Below are positions 56,012 through 64,000 of a stretch of DNA of 64,000 nucleotides, piece after piece. Where the stretch lies: NCBI RefSeq assembly GCF_009914755.1, contig NC_060929.1. One strand, given 5' to 3'. The stretch's first letter is position 1. Every line of letters starts with the position of its first letter. A model generated the notes under the pieces. It was given only the letters and a program-made list of their open reading frames with translations, was not told the origin of the DNA and did no database searches. The position numbers were made by a program, and so were the translations under genes. The stretch comes from the human T2T-CHM13v2.0 reference genome, Homo sapiens.

Positions 56012-58739
56012 ATATAATAGGTTTATTGTTTTTCTCTAGAGTGCAGATTAAGTCTGATGTTTCTTTGATGAGTTTCTGTCTGGGAGATCTGTTCAATCCT
56101 GAATATGGGATATTGAAGTCTCCATGTATTATTGTATCGAAGTCTATCTCTCTCTTTGGCTCTAATCATAGTTGTTTTATATATCTGTGTGTTCCAGTGT
56201 TGGGTGGATATATATTTATAATTATTGTATTCTGTTGCTGGATCAATCCCTTTATCATTATATAATGGCCTCCTTTGTCTTTTTAAATATTTTTTTCTTG
56301 AAATCTATTTTTTCTGATATAAGTATAACCACTCCTGGCCTTTTTTGGTTTCCATTGTCATGGAACATTTTTTATCATCCCTTTATTTTCAGTCCATGTG
56401 TATTTTTATAGGAGAAGTGTATATCTTGTAGGCAACAGATTACTGTGACTTTTTTTATATACATACAGTCACTCTGTTTTTTTATTGGAGAGTTTAGTCC
56501 ATTTACATTCAATGTTATTATTGATGAGTAGGACTTTCTCCTGACATTTTGTTATTTATGTTCTGATTGTTTTGTAGTCTTCTCTTCCTTCTTTTCTTCC
56601 TTCCTGACTTCCCTTTAATTAAAGTGATTTTCTCTGGTGGTATGTTTTAATTTCTAACTTTGTGTGTGTGTGTATCCATTGCATGTTTTTTGATTTGAGG
56701 TTACTGTGAGTCTTGCAAATACTGTCTTATAACTCATTATTTTAAACTCATGGCAACTTTTCACTGATGGCATAAACAGACAAAAACATGGAATTAAAAC
56801 TAATAAAAACTCTACACCTTAACTCTGTTCATCTGCTTTTTAACTTTGTTTTTTTATGTCTTATTGTATTGTCTATGTCTTAAAAAGTTTTTATAGTTAT
56901 TATTTTTTACTGGTTCATTAGTCTTTCTATTTAAGAGTAGGTTGTATATTCTAATTACAGTGTTATAATATTCTGTGTTTTTCTGAATGCTTACTATTAC
57001 CAATGAGTTTTGTAACTTCAAATGATTTTCTATTGCTATTAACATCCCTTTCTTTTAGATTGAAGAATTCCCTTTATCATTTCTTATAGGACAGGTGTAT
57101 TGTTGATGAAATCTCTCACCTTTTGTTTGTCTGGGAAGGTCTTTATTTCTTCTTCATGCTTGAGGGATATTTTTGCCAGCTATATTATTCTATGGTAAAG
57201 TTTTCTTTTCTTATGCTGAGTCAGATCTGAAGCCAGAAGAGCACTGGGTCTCACCAAGACCTGCTGTAACCACTATCTGCTACTACTTATGTTCACTCAA
57301 GGCCCTAAGGATCTACAATCAGCAAGTGGCAATGCCAGTGACATTTGTGGACTTCCCTTCAAGATGGCCAGATCCCCCAGGTCCTAGTAGGGTCTAGAGA
57401 TGCTCTCTGGGAGTCAGGGATCAAAAACCTTAGAAATTAGCCTGATGTTCTGGTTTTACTAAAGCTAAGCTGGCATCAAACCACAATACAAAGATCCTTC
57501 CTGCTCTTCCCTTCCCTTTTTAAAGGCAGAGGAGCTTCTCCCTGTGGCCACCACCACCAACAGCCCATGAAGGGTTCTTCCAGGCCACAGGCTAATGTTC
57601 ATTTAAAGCCTAAGGGATCTTCATTCAGCTTGTGGTGAATGCTGCCATGTTTAAGACTCACCATGGGCCAGTGTGACCTCTGCCCTGGACAGGTCCAGAA
57701 ATGCTGTCCAAGACCCTAGGCTTGGAGTTGGAGATCCAAATGCCTGCCTATTGCTCTACCCCACTGTGGCTGAGCTGCTATCTATCTGATATTTATCTGT
57801 CTATCTGGTGTAAGACAATGTCCCCTTTACTTTTCCTTCTGCTTTCTCAAACAGAGGAACTATTTCACCATAGCCACCATAGCTGGGAATGTGCTGGTTC
57901 AACCCTGAAGTTGGCATATCTCAGAGCCCAAAGCACATGGCATACTAAACGGGTATTACTGCTGGTTATTCAAGGTTTAAGGGCTCTTTAGTCAGCCAGT
58001 GATGAATCCTGCCGGGACTGTCGTCTTCTCTTCAGGGCAGTGAGTCCCTTTTGGCCCAGGGTGTGTCTGGAAATCTCATCCAGGAGCTAGGGCATGGAAT
58101 AGGAGCCCTACGACTCTGTTTAGTGCCCTGTCCTACTGTGGCTGAGCTGCTATCCAAGATGGAAGACAAAGTCCTCTTTACTCTTTGCTCTCCTCTTAAG
58201 CAGAAGGAATGAGTCACTTTTGTTGCTGTGAGCTGCAACGCCTTCGGTTGGGGGAGGGGTGGTACAGGCATTCCCAAAACTGCTCCTGGCTGGTGTCTCC
58301 TTAAGTCATATGCCACCCTAGTCCCCTGCCTCTGAGCCCAGCCCAACACTAGACTTTGCCTAAGAAATCCAGTCTTTGTGTCCTAGACTGCCTTTCAAGT
58401 TTACCTAGCACCCCAGAACACTCTGGCCTGTAGTGGCGAGGCTTCCCGTGAAACTCCGACCTTCCGACCTCTGGGATGAGCATGTCCCCTCTAGCTAGGT
58501 CTGGTCTAAATGCTCCCTACATGCAAGGGCGCTGGCTGAGGCAAGCATGTCTTTGCTCTCCGCTATAACAAGGCAGCACTGAGTTCAATGGAAAGTTCCC
58601 CAGTCACTGTGCTCTCTCTTCCCCAAGTACACAGACTTTCCACACTGCACAGCCACTATTGGGGGGTGGAAAGGTGGTGTCAGTGATTCAAGCCCTCCTC
58701 AGTGCTTCTTTCAGTGACATGAAGTTAAAACCAGGTACT

Positions 58740-59061
<322 letters not shown>

Positions 59062-60030
59062 TCACCTCATTTTTGGTTCTTGTGATGGTGCTTTTCTGTG
59101 TACATATAGTTGCTAAAATTTTGTGTTCTTGCAGTGCAGACACATGGTATAGGATTCTATTCCACCGTCTTGCTCTGCCCTCCTTCTCAGGGCTTTTTTT
59201 TAACCTAAGATTACTTAAGCACTTTCATGTTTTGGGGAGGAGTAGTCTGATGATCCACTTATATGCATGTGTTTGATACTTGTGCTAAAATCCTAGCTGA
59301 ACTTTTCAATTTCTTTATGTGTGATATATTATCAGTTAACTGCATAAAAAAGAATTAAAAAACATTGAGGCCAGGAATAACCTAGATATAGAAAGTGGTA
59401 AGTTGGTGTAGTTACACATGTCATTGAGATGAGATGAAATTTTTAGTCTCTACGTCTGTAGAAACTAGCCCATTCAGATTAATCTGATTAACCTTGCCTA
59501 AATGTGCAGAAGACATTCAGCACTAGAATTTTCAAAAAGAACTGGTTCTGCCATGTTTGATTGAATTTCTAATTCATCAAAATGTGACCTGGAAAAATCA
59601 TACATAATTGAAATAAATCCTGAATTTAACTCCTATCTCTAACACTGGTTGCAAGATCTCTAGCAAATCTCTACTCTCACATAAAACATAAAAATAAATA
59701 ATACATGCTACTAAAAGACTTATAGGATGTAAGAAGAGATTTTCCTGTGAAATAGCTTTGTTAATTCTAAAGTGCATTATAAGCCTTAGTAATTATCTTC
59801 TTCAAAATGAATACCACTGAAATATCATTCTATTTTATTGTTTTGAGTATTGGACTTACTATAATTGCAATTAACTTTACATTTGCATCATGCATTCTTT
59901 CTGTCACAGTATTTGACACCTGAATTTATTTCAAATAATTTTTCCCCTGAATTTTGATAGTTTGATTTAGCTTAGTGTCACACAGATCACAACATATTCT
60001 GTGTTAAATATATAACTATGGCATGGTTGA

Positions 60031-60408
60031 TGCTATAGTTTGAATGTTCTTTCCAAAACTTATGTTGAAATTTAATTGCCATTGCAGCAATATTAAGTTA
60101 GAGACAGGACCTTCACAAGGTCATTAGGCCTTGAGGGCTCCTTTCTCATGAATAGATTAATGCTGTTATTTCCATAGTGAGTTCCTGATAAAAAGGAGCC
60201 CAGCCCCATTTTTTCTGTCTGTTCAGTGTGCTGTCACTGTCTCTCACCCTTGTCTCTGTGTGATCCCTTCCTCAAGGCCCTCACCAGATGTGGACTCTGA
60301 ATCTTGGACTTCCTTGCCTCCAGAACTGTGAGCCAAATACATCTCTTTCCTTTATGAAGAACCCAGTCTGTGGTTTTCTGTTACAGCAGCAGAAAATAAA
60401 CTAAGACA
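60031..60408 (+). mobile_element. MaLR solo LTR (MST family) with 5-bp TSD GTTGA
   Basis: TGCTATAGTTTGAATG...CTAAGACA; GTTGA at 60026-60030 and 60409-60413. Confidence 0.92.
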
Positions 60409-61545
60409 GTTGACCAGGTTGTGTGACTCTTCCTGCCCATTCTAGTGAATGTTACCAAACTAATAGCATGACTGCCATATACTTTTGAATCTTGTTGAGC
60501 TTTATGTATATTATTTTGGTGTTTGTGTTTACCAAAAGTCTAGAATTTATTGGTCCCACAACTCTTTAGTACTATGTTGTTTGCTGAGGTGCTATTGGCT
60601 GATGGAAGTATTTTAGATCACTGATTTCAGAATATCAATTTATCCATGTATAAAAAAATAAAAGGGAGAAACGGAAACACTTCTTGTTTTAAAAGTGATT
60701 AATTTTTGAATAGCTGTACACACTATAAAATTTAAATGTTGTGAAAGGGCATGTACTTTACAGTAAGATTCTTTTCTCTCAATGTCCATGCTTGTCACTC
60801 TTTCAATGACTGTTAATGATTTCTTAAATAGCTTTCCATAAATGTTATTGAAGCTATTCTCTATGAATTCAGTCAGGAAAGAACTCTTTCCTTAACTTAG
60901 CCAGCATTATTCTGTTTTTAGATTTCACTCTGGTCTTTGATATATTACTTTTAAATTGATATAAATGTGGTTTTCTTATATGTCTCATGAAATTCTGTTA
61001 ATTTTTTTTTTCCTGTTCCTAAGGCATACCCAGTTCCTGCACAGTTTCAAACTAACAGTTTTTCAGCAGTTTGTCTTGGGCCCTTCATGTTTATCAAATC
61101 ATTTTGTGCTATGCTTTCATACTTATCATACCTTATAAATTGGTGTAGAGGAATAAATCCATTGTCCTATGTCTACCATCTCACATATGCCATTTAAGCC
61201 TATAATAACATTCTTTTATTCATCCAGTGACCAGTTTTGGCCCATAACTGGAAAATGCATGCCCAGTCTATGCCACTGGGTTTTGGCCTACTTTCTCTTT
61301 TCTGCAGCACAATCTGCTTGCCTAGGGTCCTGACAACCTGCCTACCTCTGATAGGACTTCTTATCTGAGAGACTGGACGTTGGCTTGGCTCTTAAGTTCA
61401 CCCTCCTGCCACTGTGCTTTACCTATCACATTTGACCTCTTTAATCAGAATATTCATATGAAATAGTCAGAGTACACAGAGGGTGGTAGGATATTATCAT
61501 TATTACAACTTCCTGTCTTCTGAGGGTCAGCCCTGTGCAGCACAT

Positions 61546-61926
61546 TGATATGGTTTGGCTCTGTGTCCCCACTCAAATCTCACACTGAATTGTGATCTTC
61601 AGTGTTGGAGGAAGGGCCTGCTGGGAGGTGACTGGATCATGGGGGCGGATTTCCCACTTGCTCTTCTCATGATAGTGAGTGACTGGTAATCAGATCTGGT
61701 TGTTTAAAAGTGTAGTACTTCCCCCTTCACTCTCTGTCTCCTGCTACCATGCGAAGATGTGCTTGCTTCCCCTTTGCCCTTCTGCCATAAGTGTAAGTTT
61801 CTTCAGGCCTCCCCAGCCATGCCTCCTGTACAGCCTGTGGAACTGTGAGTCAATTAAACTTCTTTTATTTATAAATTACCCAGTCTCTGTTAGTTCTTTA
61901 TAGCAGTGTGAGAACAGACTAATACA
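61546..61926 (+). mobile_element. MSTA-like solo LTR
   Basis: 'tgatatggtttgg...cagtgttggaggaagggcctg...ttataaattacccagtctc...actaataca'; TSD cacat/tacat. Confidence 0.92.
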
Positions 61927-62229
61927 TACATGATTTATCACTTTGGATCAGGCCCTCTCTTACCCAGGTCCACTCCACTTTCCACCCATCCCACTCAGGC
62001 CTAACATGTCTATTGGATATAGCTGCAGTTTCAAGATTCATTTCTATATGATATGACTGCATTGCTTGGATTGTTAACACATTTAACACATTAGTAGTAC
62101 CTTCTGGACAAATGATTACAAGATTTATGTGACGATATAATTATTTCTTTGCATATTAATCATCATTTTAGAGGTTTGGAGAACCCGGAAAAACGGACAC
62201 AGATGTGACCAGGCAGTGAGCAGTAATAC

Positions 62230-62405
62230 CAGTGATTGCAAAGGCAGATACATGACCCTAGTAAGCTGGCTTTGGAAAATTAAAGGACTCCAGTCCCACT
62301 CAGGGACATTGTGGATCGATAGAGCTGGGATAGGGCCCGAAGTACCTGTACTGTTAAAAACTCCTGAGGTAATAAGTCTGTGCAGCTAGTGGGGAATTAT
62401 TACCC
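62230..62405. mobile_element. Probable MER5-type DNA transposon relic
   Basis: 'ctgggatagggcccgaagtacctgtactgttaaaaactcctgaggtaat...tgtgcagcta'. Confidence 0.45.
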
Positions 62406-63034
62406 CATGGAGCAAGAGATGAACTTAATGTCATTGTTTATGATCAGGGATATGAGATATTTATGGGAAAGATCTTTCCTGAAAGAAAACAAAATAAAGT
62501 TGTCTGGGAAAAAAATGACTTTTTAATGTTCTATATAAAAGCAAAAATAAAAGCCCATCTCCTTTCCCTCAATCTCACCACTTTCTCTACCACCTAATCA
62601 AGGGAACCCATTCTAAATAGAAAATACTGTTTAATATTTGTTGATTTGTTGTCTATATTATATACCATAGCAGATATGCTATAGTATTTTAAAATTTTGT
62701 AGTGAACAGGGTAATACAAATGTGAGAATTACACATTCTTTGGTAATTATAACTTATACATCAACACAAATTTTTTTTAAGTGATTCAGATGCTTTTCTG
62801 GAGAACAGGATTTAGACATTAATTGTCTAAATCACTACATTAACTTTTCAGAACCATCTGAGTAGAATTTTTGTGAAATGAATTTAGCTAAATTTAGAAA
62901 AAACAGTAAAATATTTTTGGAATGCTGTCATCACTGGTTCCTGACAAACAAACACAATAGCATCACCAGCCATCTCTCAAAGCTTTGAGTATAGGTCCTC
63001 TTTTTTATGCCCCAACTTCTAAATCTTTTATTTC

Positions 63035-63062
63035 TCTAATGTGACCCTAGGGTCACATTAGA
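63035..63062. repeat. Perfect 28-bp palindrome
   Basis: TCTAATGTGACCCT|AGGGTCACATTAGA with no spacer. Confidence 0.95.
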
Positions 63063-63519
63063 TCAATAGATTCCACTCATAGTTTGATACTCACATTCTA
63101 TACATGCCTCTAATCAGTATCCTGTTTTTAGGAGTTATTTATTTTTCTTTTTGTTTATAAATGCTTGTAAACATTTTGTCAGATGTGCCAAGTTTTTCTG
63201 CTGTATACTCATGACAGACTTTTTACCAATTGTTTACTGTATCGTCTGTAAGTATTAAGCCATGTTTTAAAAATGTGTGCTTTCATAAGCTTGTGAATTT
63301 TATTCTTGTAAAAACTTATAAAACTGATATACAAATAGAGAATACAGTTTGATGCTCTGGAGAGAGGTCCTTGATATGCAAAGGTTAAGGCATGTGCATT
63401 GCTTTAGTTTTTGCAGTGATGGGGTCTCAGGGTTTTCCCCTCAAAACAGAATCTGTATACTTGAAATGGAGAAACTGGAGTGAGAATTTGGCTACCACAT
63501 GTAATACGCACAGATGCAG

Positions 63520-64000
63520 TGTGTTTATTTAATAAAGATTTACTGTCTTGGAAGAGATAATGAAATAAAACTCATGGTCCCTGAACTCAAAAACTTACAG
63601 GTTGGATGAAGGGACAAACACATGAGAAGATGTCCATTAAACAGAAGACTCTTTTAAGAGATGATAAGAACAAAACATCACCCCACAAAGAAGCAGCAGA
63701 AAAATGCCACGGTGTCCTGTCATGTTCCGGAGTGATCAAGGCAGGGTTCATAAAAGGCATGAGAATAAAGCTGGGATTTGAAGAGTGGGTGACAATTTGC
63801 CAGTCAGAGGTAGAAAATAATACATGCCAGTTAAGTATTTGAAAACAAGGGACCTGGCTGGGAACATCTGAGTAAAGGGTTGATATACAGAAAATAATTG
63901 AGATAAAATTAGGGATAAAATGAAATAAGTAACATAAACTCTGCTTAAAGAAAAAGAAAAATGGAGATTGTTAGATCATAAAAGCTTGCAATTCCAAGGA
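63520..64000 (-). mobile_element. L2 fragment running off the window end
   Basis: 'atggtccctgaactcaaaaacttacag', 'aagctgggatttgaagagtgggt' and 'cctggctgggaaca'. Confidence 0.55.

Noticed and set aside
52228-58349. Cluster of many short ORFs
   Set aside because: Frameshifted remnants and antisense frames of the old L1; no intact ORF1 or ORF2.

Overview
AT-rich human genomic DNA (an Alu at 31.8 kb carries all five AluYa5 diagnostic changes) with no CpG island, no RNA gene and no supportable protein-coding exon. It reads as deep intronic or intergenic sequence. Much of it is transposon-derived: about ten Alu or Alu monomers, many L1 3' fragments, one ~7.1 kb old L1 (L1MA2-like) retaining both ends with nested THE1 and AluY insertions, MaLR/ERVL/ERV1 LTRs, L2 and MIR relics, and DNA transposons (MER58, MER85). 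The listed ORFs are Alu, L1 or LTR read-throughs or chance frames. I found no evidence for a new multi-gene system. The most interesting signals are an Alu-L1 chimera inside a single target-site duplication (TSD), a ~60-bp internal L1 piece inside an old LTR, an AluYa5 without a clean TSD, a MER85, several perfect palindromes (one a perfect RFX X-box, one with everted GGGTCA half-sites) and an unexplained 70-bp dispersed duplication. Repeat family names come from recalled consensus sequences, not from a search, and boundaries of old repeats are approximate.
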